From an uncultured Gammaproteobacteria bacterium (GTDB lineage Bacteria > Patescibacteriota > Microgenomatia > Daviesbacterales > UBA10151), in contig CAYMRP010000004.1 in NCBI GenBank assembly GCA_964392925.1, positions 7,184 to 71,183 of the forward strand: 64,000 bases of DNA, in the 5' to 3' direction. Shown here piece by piece: positions 10,347 through 18,839 of this stretch; positions within the stretch are counted from its first letter, which is position 1, and each line of letters starts with the position of its first letter. Made by a program: the position numbers and the translations under genes. The notes beneath the pieces are model-generated. The model worked only from the letters and a program-made list of their open reading frames with translations. It was not told the origin of the DNA and did not search any database.

Positions 10347-11351
10347 GTGAATAGCTATAAGATCGATATTTCTCATAAAACAATCTTCTTCCTTACTGCT
10401 TTCCTTGCTCTCTTGGCTGCTTTGTTCTTAATTCGCGATGTCATTATCCTGCTTTTTGTTGCGGTTATCTTTATGTCAGCCTTGTCCCCAATTGTCACTC
10501 GCCTGGAAAAATTGAAAATACCTAAAGCCCTAGCTATTGCTTTTATCTACGTAGTTATCATATCCGTTGTTGCAGCCCTTATTACCTTCGTTGTTACCCC
10601 CTTCACTGAACAAACTGCCACTCTAACTACAAATCTTCCAAAGTATCTGGTCACCATAATTCCTGAAACAGGCTTAATAGACCGTTCCGTGCTTCAGCAG
10701 GAATTTGGAAATTTCTCCAAAAATGCTCTTGAAGTCAGCTTGGCAATTTTTAACAATTTCATTGCTTTCATCTCCATCGCAGTTCTAACTTTCTATCTTC
10801 TTTTGGAACGGGATAATTTGGATAAGCTGCTATCTCAGTTTTTCCTTAGAAAAGAAGAGCGGATCACAAAAACAACCAAAAGAATTGAAGAAAAACTCGG
10901 ATCTTGGATGCGTGGACAAATAGCTTTAACCTTAATTATCGGGACAGCGTCCTACATCGGTTTAACAGCTTTAGGAGTTCCATACGCCTTGCCGCTGGCG
11001 ATTTTAGCTGGAATAATGGAAGTAATTCCTGTTATCGGACCGATTATCTCAGCAATTCCGGCAATACTAATCGCTTTTCTAATATCTCCCTTTACTGCCG
11101 GCATGGTAGCCATATTTTATTTTGTACTGCAACAGCTAGAGAATCATTTAATAGTCCCTCAGGTCATGAAGAAGGCCGTTGGTCTAAATCCATTAGTCGT
11201 TATTCTCGCCGTCGCTATCGGCGGTCGGCTTCTTGGTATCTCTGGGGCTCTTTTGGCAGTACCTATTACAGTGGTCATCCAAATAATCACTGAGGATTTA
11301 ATCACTACTGAGGAAATAGAACAAACTGAAGATAATATAATTAACGGCTAA
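10347..11351 (+). CDS. AI-2E family transporter (PerM/UPF0118)
   Basis: 334 aa, 8 TM helices, conserved GIMEVIPVIGPIISAIP segment typical of AI-2E family. Confidence 0.75.
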   Translation: MNSYKIDISHKTIFFLTAFLALLAALFLIRDVIILLFVAVIFMSALSPIVTRLEKLKIPKALAIAFIYVVIISVVAALITFVVTPFTEQTATLTTNLPKYLVTIIPETGLIDRSVLQQEFGNFSKNALEVSLAIFNNFIAFISIAVLTFYLLLERDNLDKLLSQFFLRKEERITKTTKRIEEKLGSWMRGQIALTLIIGTASYIGLTALGVPYALPLAILAGIMEVIPVIGPIISAIPAILIAFLISPFTAGMVAIFYFVLQQLENHLIVPQVMKKAVGLNPLVVILAVAIGGRLLGISGALLAVPITVVIQIITEDLITTEEIEQTEDNIING

Positions 11352-11360
11352 AATATTACT

Positions 11361-11395
11361 CGTCTCTCGTCTCTCGTCTCTCGTCTCTCGTCTCT
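11361..11395. repeat. Perfect heptanucleotide tandem repeat (CGTCTCT)x5
   Basis: Read directly: cgtctct repeated five times with no interruption, 5 nt beyond the 3' end of rnpB. Confidence 0.95.
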
Positions 11396-11399
11396 AATT

Positions 11400-11712
11400 T
11401 TGTGCCTAGGAAAATCGTAAGCCAGATTCTGTTTCTCGATGATAATTTATCTGATGACATGCTTTCGCTTGTCTGTGCTCCTTATTTCGACGATATGGCG
11501 AGCAGCCAAGTCGGTTCTAGGATTGCAGCGGGGAGGATTGCCACCTTGCGGTATCCAAAAGCTTGATCGTTTCATCCGTCGCTACTCGGTTCGTCACTGT
11601 TGCTCTAACTGGGTCTTGCGACCTCCGGCTTACACCGGACACCCTGCTCTCTGCTGTCTGGACTTTCCTCCGTCTTGCGACGGTAATCACCCATCTTCCT
11701 AGGCCTGTATAT
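11400..11712 (-). ncRNA. rnpB: RNase P RNA (bacterial type, reduced length ~310 nt)
   Basis: Minus-strand reading gives GGAGGAAAGUCCAGACA...AGCAGGGUGUCCGGUGUAAGCCGGAGG...GCAAGACCCAGUUAGAGCAACAGUGACGAACCG and 3' ACAGAAUCUGGCUUAC. These match the universally conserved P4/P10-12/P15 regions of M1 RNA. A P1 helix forms between GCCUAGGAA (5') and UUCCUAGGC (3'). The three overlapping six-frame ORFs here are artefacts of the GC-rich RNA. Confidence 0.85.
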
Positions 11713-11759
11713 TTTACCAAACATTTCCCAAAAAACCAAAATCTGGTATACATAAATTA

Positions 11760-13283
11760 ATGCTCGTTAAAGCCCTTTCGGGCGTTAATGTTGGATTCTC
11801 TCCTCAATTAGTTTCTGTTGAAATTGATATTTCTTCTCACGGCCTTCCGTCCTTTTCCATAGTTGGACTTCCGGATAAAGCTATTGATGAAGCCAAAGAC
11901 CGCGTCAGGACAGCAATTAGAAATTCCGGTTTTGATTTCCCAATGAAGCGAGTCACTATAAATTTAGCCCCGGCCGATCTTCCTAAAGAAGGCCCTCATT
12001 TTGATTTACCAATTGCTTTAGGCATCCTAACAGCCTCAGGTCAAATCGATATCAATCTCGATGATTTAATGATTCTCGGAGAACTATCTCTTGACGGTAC
12101 TCTCAGACGCACCCACGGTGTCCTACCTTTAACAATCCTGGCCAGCAAAAAAAAGCTTCAAAAAGTTTTAGTGCCTTCGGATAATGGTTCAGAAGCAGCC
12201 ATCATCTCGGGAGTCGATGTGTTCGCTCTAAAAAGTCTGACTGAAGCTGTCCGTTTTCTCTTAAAAGAAATTGAAATAACCCCCATCCCCAAAGTTGACT
12301 TCTCCACACTCGAAGAAAATATTAATCATGAATATGATTTTGCTCAAATCAAAGGTCAGGAGCAATCAAAACGTGCTTTAGAAATCTCCGCTTCAGGTGC
12401 CCACAATGTTCTAATGAAAGGCCCTCCAGGTTCTGGTAAAACCATGCTTGCCCGTTCATTTCCCTCAATCCTGCCTCCACTTTCTGAAGATGAATCAATC
12501 GAACTAACGCAGATCTATTCAATTACAGGTAATCTTTCTGATGACAATCCAGTAGTTGTAGTTCGCCCCTTTCGTTCACCCCATCACACCGCCTCTTATG
12601 TCGGCTTAATCGGTGGTGGAAATAATATTAAACCAGGTGAAATTTCTTTAGCTCATCGCGGCGTTCTTTTTCTTGATGAACTCCCTGAATTCCCCCGTCA
12701 GGTTCTAGAAGCTCTCCGCCAACCACTCGAAGATAGAAAAGTCACTATCTCGCGAGCAAACGGCACTCATTCCTATCCAGCTCAATTTATTCTGCTCGCC
12801 GCCTGTAACCCCTGTCCCTGCGGATACTATTTGAATACTAGCGGCAAATCATGCATCTGTCTTCCAGGCCAAATCTCCAATTACACCAAAAAACTTTCCG
12901 GTCCGCTTTTAGATCGCGTCGATATCCACCTCGATGTCCCCAACATAGATGTTGAAAAACTAACCAATGATGTTATCTCTGAGGATTCTAAAACCATCCG
13001 CAGCCGTGTTGTTAAAGCCCGGAAAATTCAAAACGAAAGATTCAAACAAAATGGGATTCTAACTAATTCCGAAATGACTAACGCTCTAATTAAGCAATTT
13101 TGCAAGCCCGATAAAGAGGGGATTGATCTACTCAAAATGGCCATCACGAACTTAAACCTCTCCGCCCGTTCCTATTACCGAATCTTAAAGCTCGCCCGAA
13201 CAATCGCCGATCTCGCAGAATCCGAACAAATAACGGGCAACCACATCGCCGAAGCCCTCCAATACCGCCCTAAACAAATTTAA
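11760..13283 (+). CDS. comM: YifB/ComM family Mg-chelatase-like AAA+ ATPase
   Basis: N-terminal Lon-like domain (SVEIDISSHGLPSFSIVGLPDKA), Walker A GPPGSGKT, C-terminal Mg-chelatase domain. Confidence 0.9.
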   Translation: MLVKALSGVNVGFSPQLVSVEIDISSHGLPSFSIVGLPDKAIDEAKDRVRTAIRNSGFDFPMKRVTINLAPADLPKEGPHFDLPIALGILTASGQIDINLDDLMILGELSLDGTLRRTHGVLPLTILASKKKLQKVLVPSDNGSEAAIISGVDVFALKSLTEAVRFLLKEIEITPIPKVDFSTLEENINHEYDFAQIKGQEQSKRALEISASGAHNVLMKGPPGSGKTMLARSFPSILPPLSEDESIELTQIYSITGNLSDDNPVVVVRPFRSPHHTASYVGLIGGGNNIKPGEISLAHRGVLFLDELPEFPRQVLEALRQPLEDRKVTISRANGTHSYPAQFILLAACNPCPCGYYLNTSGKSCICLPGQISNYTKKLSGPLLDRVDIHLDVPNIDVEKLTNDVISEDSKTIRSRVVKARKIQNERFKQNGILTNSEMTNALIKQFCKPDKEGIDLLKMAITNLNLSARSYYRILKLARTIADLAESEQITGNHIAEALQYRPKQI

Positions 13284-13289
13284 ATTCTG

Positions 13290-13577
13290 TCAATAAATCA
13301 ACCAATATAACCAATGAAATGCTACAGGTAAAAGAATTGCTATTCCATCAAGAACAATAATGGCTACTAGAAATGTTAATGCATCGCGTAACTTCTTCTT
13401 TACAAGATAAATAATAATAGATCCCACAAGCGGTGAAATATAAATCAAGCCCCATGCGATTAAACGGGATATCTCTTTTTGACTAGATAAATCATTTGAT
13501 AGAGTAATGTGTGGGATATACAAAACAAAACTCACAAATTGAACAATTAAAACAACAATTGCCAGGAGAAGCGTCAC
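13290..13577 (-). CDS. Small integral membrane protein, unknown function
   Basis: 95 aa, three hydrophobic helices. Confidence 0.45.
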   Translation of the reverse strand: MTLLLAIVVLIVQFVSFVLYIPHITLSNDLSSQKEISRLIAWGLIYISPLVGSIIIYLVKKKLRDALTFLVAIIVLDGIAILLPVAFHWLYWLIY

Positions 13578-13607
13578 CTCTTAATAGTAGCATAGAAAGT
13601 TTTTCTT

Positions 13608-13640
13608 AAAAAAATCCCCTCCGTTAGGAAGGGATTTTTC
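13608..13640. terminator. Rho-independent terminator, bidirectional
   Basis: AAAAATCCCCTCC-GTTA-GGAAGGGATTTTT: 13-nt stem with one mismatch, 4-nt loop, A/T runs on both sides. Lies just downstream of the minus-strand zinc-ribbon gene. Confidence 0.8.
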
Positions 13641-13663
13641 AGTACTAATCGTCTAAAAGACTA

Positions 13664-13807
13664 CTAGGAAGCGGCACCAATTCTGTACATTCCTGTACCA
13701 CAAGTTGGACACTCACCTTTAGAAGCGGGCTTACCATTCTTCATGGTGACCTGCTGAACATTCTTAGCTTCTCTTTTAGTGCGACATTTAACACAATACA
13801 TTTGCAT
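13664..13807 (-). CDS. Small zinc-ribbon protein (47 aa, two CxxC pairs; DUF5679-like)
   Basis: Not in the ORF track (<60 aa). Minus-strand translation is MQMYCVKCRTKREAKNVQQVTMKNGKPASKGECPTCGTGMYRIGAAS. A strong SD GAGGGGGTGA sits 9 nt upstream, and the terminator follows. Confidence 0.65.
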   Translation of the reverse strand: MQMYCVKCRTKREAKNVQQVTMKNGKPASKGECPTCGTGMYRIGAAS

Positions 13808-13899
13808 TTTAAAAGATCACCCCCTCTCAAAAGGATTTTTTGTTATCGGCGTAAGGCAAATATAAAATCTGCTTTAGACGAAAATCTCAAGCTGACTAA

Positions 13900-14232
13900 T
13901 TAAAATAATTTAATTAAGCCGTTTCGGTTTGCAAAGAATAAGGAGAATTGAATTCCGAGTGCTAAAAAGGATAAAACAGATATCTTCAACAAGTCCGACT
14001 TTAAATTAATAGAATCAAGAGTTGCTGCCGGATTCTTTGAAGTTGAAAGCTTTGGGTTCTGTGTTGGGCTAAGTTTATATGTCGAATCATCTTTTCCGAA
14101 GAGTTGTTGTTTTAACTGTTCAAGCTTTTTTTGTTCTAGGGTGACAGAAGCCATGTGTGTCTTCGAGCCTATCACGCACAAAGTCTGCTTGTCAAGCTCT
14201 GTATTGGTCACAAGTTGACTTGGTTTAATCAA
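13900..14232 (-). CDS. Hypothetical protein with C-terminal hydrophobic anchor (true start possibly at internal Met MASVTLEQ)
   Basis: ORF with coiled-coil-like middle and C-terminal TM segment ISVLSFLALGIQFSLFFA. No recognisable homology. Confidence 0.35.
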   Translation of the reverse strand: MIKPSQLVTNTELDKQTLCVIGSKTHMASVTLEQKKLEQLKQQLFGKDDSTYKLSPTQNPKLSTSKNPAATLDSINLKSDLLKISVLSFLALGIQFSLFFANRNGLIKLF

Positions 14233-14251
14233 ACTGATTTACTTAATTTGA

Positions 14252-16441
14252 ATGAGGTTGGATCAAAAAGGCTTTGCCCATATTCTTTTAATACTTTTTC
14301 TGATTCTGGCGATAGCAGGAGGCGTTTTCTTAGTTCAGCAAAAAACTAATATTTTTCCTTTCGCTAAAGAACCTACATCTTCTCTTCCCGGTTCAATTCC
14401 GCCAGGTTCTTTAGAAGAAAATGATGATTATTTTGCTACAGCTGTGCTGCCCAATCCGGCAACTTATGACTCAAGTACAAAAAAAGCAAATCAGCAGATC
14501 CAAGAGCAGAATTTGTTTTCGGCTTTAACTTTAAAACCTAATATTGTCTTCATAATCACCGATGACCAACCGGTAAATACTCTCGGTATAAATGGAAATA
14601 ACATTATTAAAACTCCAAACATCGATTCTCTTGGAGACAAAGGAGTCAATTTTAAGAATATGTATGTTCCATTGGGGATTTGTAGTCAGTCCAGAGCCAG
14701 TATTTGGACCGGTAAATTACCCCATAGCCATGGTGTAACTCAGCTTGGGTTTATCCTACCTCCTGATCAAATAACTCTACCAGAGATCCTAAAAGCTAAC
14801 GGGTATAACACTGCCATGATTGGAAAGTGTCATTTAGGTGATCCGGCAGATCCTCAACTCTACCAAAGAGGGTTTGATCAACGGTTAATTGCCTTACCCG
14901 ATAACGGAACTGTTCCTGATTGGTACAATTATCAGCTATTAAGAAATGGAGTTGTAGAAAACCATACAGAATACATTACTGATTATCTGACGACTGAATC
15001 GGTGAGTTACATAAAATCAAAAGCTCAGGAGTATAGATCTACTAAAAAACCATTTTTTCTCTGGCTGGCCCATCCGGCACCGCACTCTCCTTTAATTCCA
15101 CCTAAAGGTAGTAATAGATACAATCTTGACCAAATTCCATTGCCTGTCAGTATTAATAATGACATTACGACAAAATCTCCTCTAATTAATGCTACAAGAA
15201 TGCATAAGAAATTCCTTGAAATGGGACCGGATGGGGTGAGAGCCAAATTAAAAGATGCTTACGAAGTAATTTCTAATATTGATGATAATGTCGGCCGAAT
15301 TAATCAGGTTCTTGAGGAACAGGGCATTAAAGATGACACTGTCGTAGTTTATGTTTCAGATAACGGTTTCTTTTACGGTGAACATCAGATGTATTCTAAA
15401 GGTCCGTTTGCCTTTGAAGAACAAGTTAAAGTGCCTTTTATCATTTCCTACCCAAAACTTACAACTTCAAAAAAAACAACAGAAACACTTGCCTCATCAA
15501 TTGATATTATGCCAACCCTCTTAGAGCTTGCCGGCATTCCACAGCCTTCAACCATTCAAGGTAAAAGTTTTGTTCCCACCCTTAAAGATTCGAACAGTAT
15601 CCACCGTCAATCGGTTTATTTTGAGAGCTTTTTCCGCGATCCGGACGGAGGCTGCTTAGTTCATCCGTTAAGAGCTATTCGGTACGGGGAGTATAAATTA
15701 ATTCATACTATTGAAGGAACATATTATGGAACACGTTGCCCGGGGTTTGATATTTTAGGCGACGACATAACTTTGGATGGGTATGATAATGAACTATATA
15801 ATTTAAAAGATGACCCATATGAAATGCATAATCTCCTTACAAGAAACGGACCTTCGGATAATCCACTTGAACGTCTGCTCACAGATCCGACTTTAGGAAA
15901 GATCATTCAAAAACTAAGAAAGGAACGGGCGATTTGGGCTACAGATACCAAAGACTCAAAGACTTTTATCTTAACTGATGGCAAAGTTAGTGCTTTAAGT
16001 ACTACATCCTTAGAAGTTAGCTGGAAGGTTAATACCGGTAATCCTACAGCCGAAATAGAATACCAGGAAAAAAACTGTCAAGGTTGCCCGGTAATGCAGC
16101 TTGATGATTTTAGTCACAATCCTAGAGAGTATAAATATACGTTGCCAAACCTTAAGCCTGATACCTCCTATACAATTCGGATCTTTAGCTTTGGCGCAAG
16201 AGGTATTGGAGGATATATGGATCTTGAAGGCACTACGACCCCCGGGCAAAATTCACCGGTTCCCTCACCAACCCCTGTCGGCAAAGCAGGTGATATAGAT
16301 AAGGATGGTGATGTAGATATTTTTGATTTCAATTCTTTTATCCAAGATTTTATTAATAAGAACTTAAGATCGGATTTAAATAAGGACGGGAAAGTAAATA
16401 TATTTGATTACAATCTGTTTATCCAAAGTTATCCGAATTGA
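14252..16441 (+). CDS. Secreted sulfatase (alkaline-phosphatase superfamily) with C-terminal FN3-like domain and dockerin-type repeats
   Basis: Signal anchor. IVFIITDDQPVNTLG...GICSQSRASIWTG is the sulfatase N-terminal signature (C-x-x-S-R variant). The C-terminus has two DxDxDGxVNIFD(F/Y)N calcium-binding dockerin-like repeats preceded by an FN3-like segment. Confidence 0.8.
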   Translation: MRLDQKGFAHILLILFLILAIAGGVFLVQQKTNIFPFAKEPTSSLPGSIPPGSLEENDDYFATAVLPNPATYDSSTKKANQQIQEQNLFSALTLKPNIVFIITDDQPVNTLGINGNNIIKTPNIDSLGDKGVNFKNMYVPLGICSQSRASIWTGKLPHSHGVTQLGFILPPDQITLPEILKANGYNTAMIGKCHLGDPADPQLYQRGFDQRLIALPDNGTVPDWYNYQLLRNGVVENHTEYITDYLTTESVSYIKSKAQEYRSTKKPFFLWLAHPAPHSPLIPPKGSNRYNLDQIPLPVSINNDITTKSPLINATRMHKKFLEMGPDGVRAKLKDAYEVISNIDDNVGRINQVLEEQGIKDDTVVVYVSDNGFFYGEHQMYSKGPFAFEEQVKVPFIISYPKLTTSKKTTETLASSIDIMPTLLELAGIPQPSTIQGKSFVPTLKDSNSIHRQSVYFESFFRDPDGGCLVHPLRAIRYGEYKLIHTIEGTYYGTRCPGFDILGDDITLDGYDNELYNLKDDPYEMHNLLTRNGPSDNPLERLLTDPTLGKIIQKLRKERAIWATDTKDSKTFILTDGKVSALSTTSLEVSWKVNTGNPTAEIEYQEKNCQGCPVMQLDDFSHNPREYKYTLPNLKPDTSYTIRIFSFGARGIGGYMDLEGTTTPGQNSPVPSPTPVGKAGDIDKDGDVDIFDFNSFIQDFINKNLRSDLNKDGKVNIFDYNLFIQSYPN

Positions 16442-16442
16442 T

Positions 16443-16472
16443 TTGACAACAATCTTTTAAAACCTGTATATT
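16443..16472 (+). promoter_or_regulatory. Sigma-70-like promoter candidate (TTGACA-18-TATATT) for the DUF4446 gene
   Basis: Perfect -35 hexamer with 18-nt spacer and a near-consensus -10, about 15 nt before the ATG at 16487. Confidence 0.4.
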
Positions 16473-16486
16473 TAAAAAACAACTTT

Positions 16487-16945
16487 ATGTATTCGGTGTG
16501 GGCAGTCGCCGCAATAGTTGGGATTTTGGTATGGCTTGGAATCCTAACTTTCATAGTTTTTAGCCAACGTAATTTCTTAAAAGATTTATTTCCTAAAGAC
16601 AACAGTCGGGACATCAGAAATAAGTTTAAAGAAGTTCTCGAAGCTATTTCGGGGTTTGAAAAAAACAATCAAATCTTGGAGAATAGATTAGTAGGGTTTA
16701 AAAGAGACAGTCTGGAAAATTATTCTAAACTGGCTGTTTTAAAATATAATCCCTATAACGATACCGGTGGGGACCAGAGTTTTTCTTTGGCATTACTTAA
16801 TGGTAAGATGGATGGAGTGGTGATAACCAGTCTTCACTCAAGAAATAGCACTCGGATATATCTGAAGAATATAAAGATAGGTAAGAGTGAGTTAGAGCTC
16901 TCGAAAGAGGAATCTAAAGTTTTAAAGGATGCGCTTGAAAGTTAA
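16487..16945 (+). CDS. DUF4446-like membrane-anchored protein
   Basis: N-terminal TM helix. Conserved YNPYNDTGGDQSFSLALL segment recalled from the DUF4446 family. Confidence 0.5.
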   Translation: MYSVWAVAAIVGILVWLGILTFIVFSQRNFLKDLFPKDNSRDIRNKFKEVLEAISGFEKNNQILENRLVGFKRDSLENYSKLAVLKYNPYNDTGGDQSFSLALLNGKMDGVVITSLHSRNSTRIYLKNIKIGKSELELSKEESKVLKDALES

Positions 16946-16948
16946 TTT

Positions 16949-18148
16949 ATGAGAAGTTTTTTTGAAAATCTGACCAAAGCTCAAAAGATTCTAGTTTTAG
17001 TAATAATGGCTGTGGTTCTCTATACAGTCTCAGCCGGGGTGTCCTTCACCATCTTCTCCAATTCATCAGGCGGCTCCAGCAAAATGGCTTCTGGTGATAA
17101 ATCCGTTATTCCTGGATCATCTGGAATAGAACAGGAAGACCCTTCACTTCCCAGAACCGAAGTCTGTCCTCTAAACGGTAATCTTCATACTAAACCTGCC
17201 AAAGAAGCTTGGGATAAAAGACGGCCTCTGGCAGTCATGATCGAGAATCATCAGGAATCCAGGCCTCAATCAGGCTTGTCTTCTGCCGACGTAGTTTATG
17301 AAACTGTAGCTGAAGGTGGAATAACAAGATTCATGGGAATGTATCTGTGCTCCTTTGGAGATGTTCAGGTTGGTCCGGTTCGTTCAGCCAGAACCTATTT
17401 CCTCGATTGGCTTTCAGAATATGATCCGCTCTACGCCCACGTTGGAGGTGCTAACACTCCTGGACCTGCTAATGCCTTAGGCCAAATTATTGACTACAAA
17501 ATCAAAGACTTAAATCAATTCGGTATCGGTTACCCAACATTCTGGAGAGATTACCAAAGATTAGGTAGACCTGTTGCCACCGAACACACCATGTACAGTA
17601 CTACTAAAAAACTTTGGGAGATTGGTGAGAAAAAAGGCTGGGGAGTCGCCGATAGTCTAGGTGTTAGATGGGATAAAAACTTCGTACCTTGGAAATTCTT
17701 AAAGAAAGATGAAGCAGTCAATACCGGTAGTCCTGCTACTAAAATGACTGTTAACTTCTGGGAGTCCCAATCAGACTATCAGGTTGAATGGAATTATGAT
17801 CAAACCTGCAATTGTTATAAAAGAAAAAATGGTGGCAGTGGTCATACTGATCTAAATACCAAACAACAACTCTCACCCGTCACAGTTGTTGTTCAGTTTA
17901 TGAAAGAATCCCGGGCAAACGACGGCTATGAAGGTAACGCCCATCTTCTATATGCTAACAAAGGCCCTCAGGCTCCGACTGGCAAGGCTCTAATCTTCAT
18001 GAATGGTAAAGTAATCAAAGGCACTTGGAATAAAGCTAACCGCTTAGCCCGCGAGGTCTTCAAGGACGAAGCTGGTCAGGAAATCTCCTTTGTTCCAGGC
18101 CAAATCTGGATTCAAACTGTCCCTGAAGGCAGCTCCGTTACCTACTAA
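16949..18148 (+). CDS. DUF3048 domain protein (YerB-like secreted/lipoprotein)
   Basis: Signal anchor. RPLAVMIENHQESRPQSGLSSADVVYETVAEGGITRF is the hallmark DUF3048 N-domain motif. Confidence 0.7.
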   Translation: MRSFFENLTKAQKILVLVIMAVVLYTVSAGVSFTIFSNSSGGSSKMASGDKSVIPGSSGIEQEDPSLPRTEVCPLNGNLHTKPAKEAWDKRRPLAVMIENHQESRPQSGLSSADVVYETVAEGGITRFMGMYLCSFGDVQVGPVRSARTYFLDWLSEYDPLYAHVGGANTPGPANALGQIIDYKIKDLNQFGIGYPTFWRDYQRLGRPVATEHTMYSTTKKLWEIGEKKGWGVADSLGVRWDKNFVPWKFLKKDEAVNTGSPATKMTVNFWESQSDYQVEWNYDQTCNCYKRKNGGSGHTDLNTKQQLSPVTVVVQFMKESRANDGYEGNAHLLYANKGPQAPTGKALIFMNGKVIKGTWNKANRLAREVFKDEAGQEISFVPGQIWIQTVPEGSSVTY

Positions 18149-18191
18149 TCCCTTAGAATTCTAGCTGATGTATTTACTTAATTGAGGAACT

Positions 18192-18815
18192 TTGGTATAC
18201 AATAGTTCTAAGTTAGGTTATAAATTAAGTATGGAAGAGCTCTTCGTTTCTAAAGTCCGGGTTAAAATACTACAACTGTTCTTAACCAGCCGCGATGATT
18301 TAATGCACGTTCGGGATATGGTTCGCCGTGTTGATGAAGAAATTAATGCCGTAAGACGAGAACTTGCCCGTATGGAGAAATTTGGTATGGTTTCCTCAGA
18401 GTGGCGTGCCAATAGACGCTTCTATAGATTCCGCAAAGAGTATCGCTTTTATCATGAATTATTAGGTTTGGTTGTAAAGTCAACTGGCCTTGGCGGAGGC
18501 ATAATTAAAAATAAAGCGTCACTTGGTAAAATAAAATACGCCATAATGGCAGTCAGATTTGCTCAAAACGGCGAATCTGGTCCGGAGGATGTCGATCTGT
18601 TAGTAGTCGGTCAAATCGTCCTTCCGACTCTTCAATCACTAGTTGCTGACGAACAATCCAAAAGAGATAAAGAAATAAATTATTCCTATATGGATGAAGC
18701 TGAGTTTAACTTTAGAGTCAAAAGACGAGATCCTTTTATTCTTAAAATATTAACCCAGCCTAGAATAATGTTAATTGGCGATGAAACATCACTAATGAGT
18801 AATGTTATTGTCTAG
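18192..18815 (+). CDS. Putative winged-helix transcriptional regulator (N-terminal wHTH plus uncharacterised C-domain)
   Basis: N-terminal KVRVKILQLFLTSRDDLMHVRDMVRRVDEEINAVRRELARMEKFGMV resembles an ArsR/MarR-type recognition helix. No catalytic motifs. Confidence 0.4.
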   Translation: MVYNSSKLGYKLSMEELFVSKVRVKILQLFLTSRDDLMHVRDMVRRVDEEINAVRRELARMEKFGMVSSEWRANRRFYRFRKEYRFYHELLGLVVKSTGLGGGIIKNKASLGKIKYAIMAVRFAQNGESGPEDVDLLVVGQIVLPTLQSLVADEQSKRDKEINYSYMDEAEFNFRVKRRDPFILKILTQPRIMLIGDETSLMSNVIV

Positions 18816-18839
18816 TCATTTTCCGTTAAGATTTAAATT

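Noticed and set aside
10904-11293. 129-aa ORF in another frame inside the AI-2E transporter gene
   Set aside because: It is fully embedded in a well-supported membrane-protein CDS, and its translation is Ser/Arg-rich noise.
11361-11395. Possible CRISPR array or terminator
   Set aside because: The repeat is a 7-nt microsatellite with no spacers and no hairpin potential. There are no cas genes in the window.
11439-11760. Three mutually overlapping ORFs (87, 78 and 65 aa) on both strands
   Set aside because: The region is the minus-strand RNase P RNA. Conserved rnpB motifs are present, and the ORFs are an artefact of a GC-rich structured RNA.
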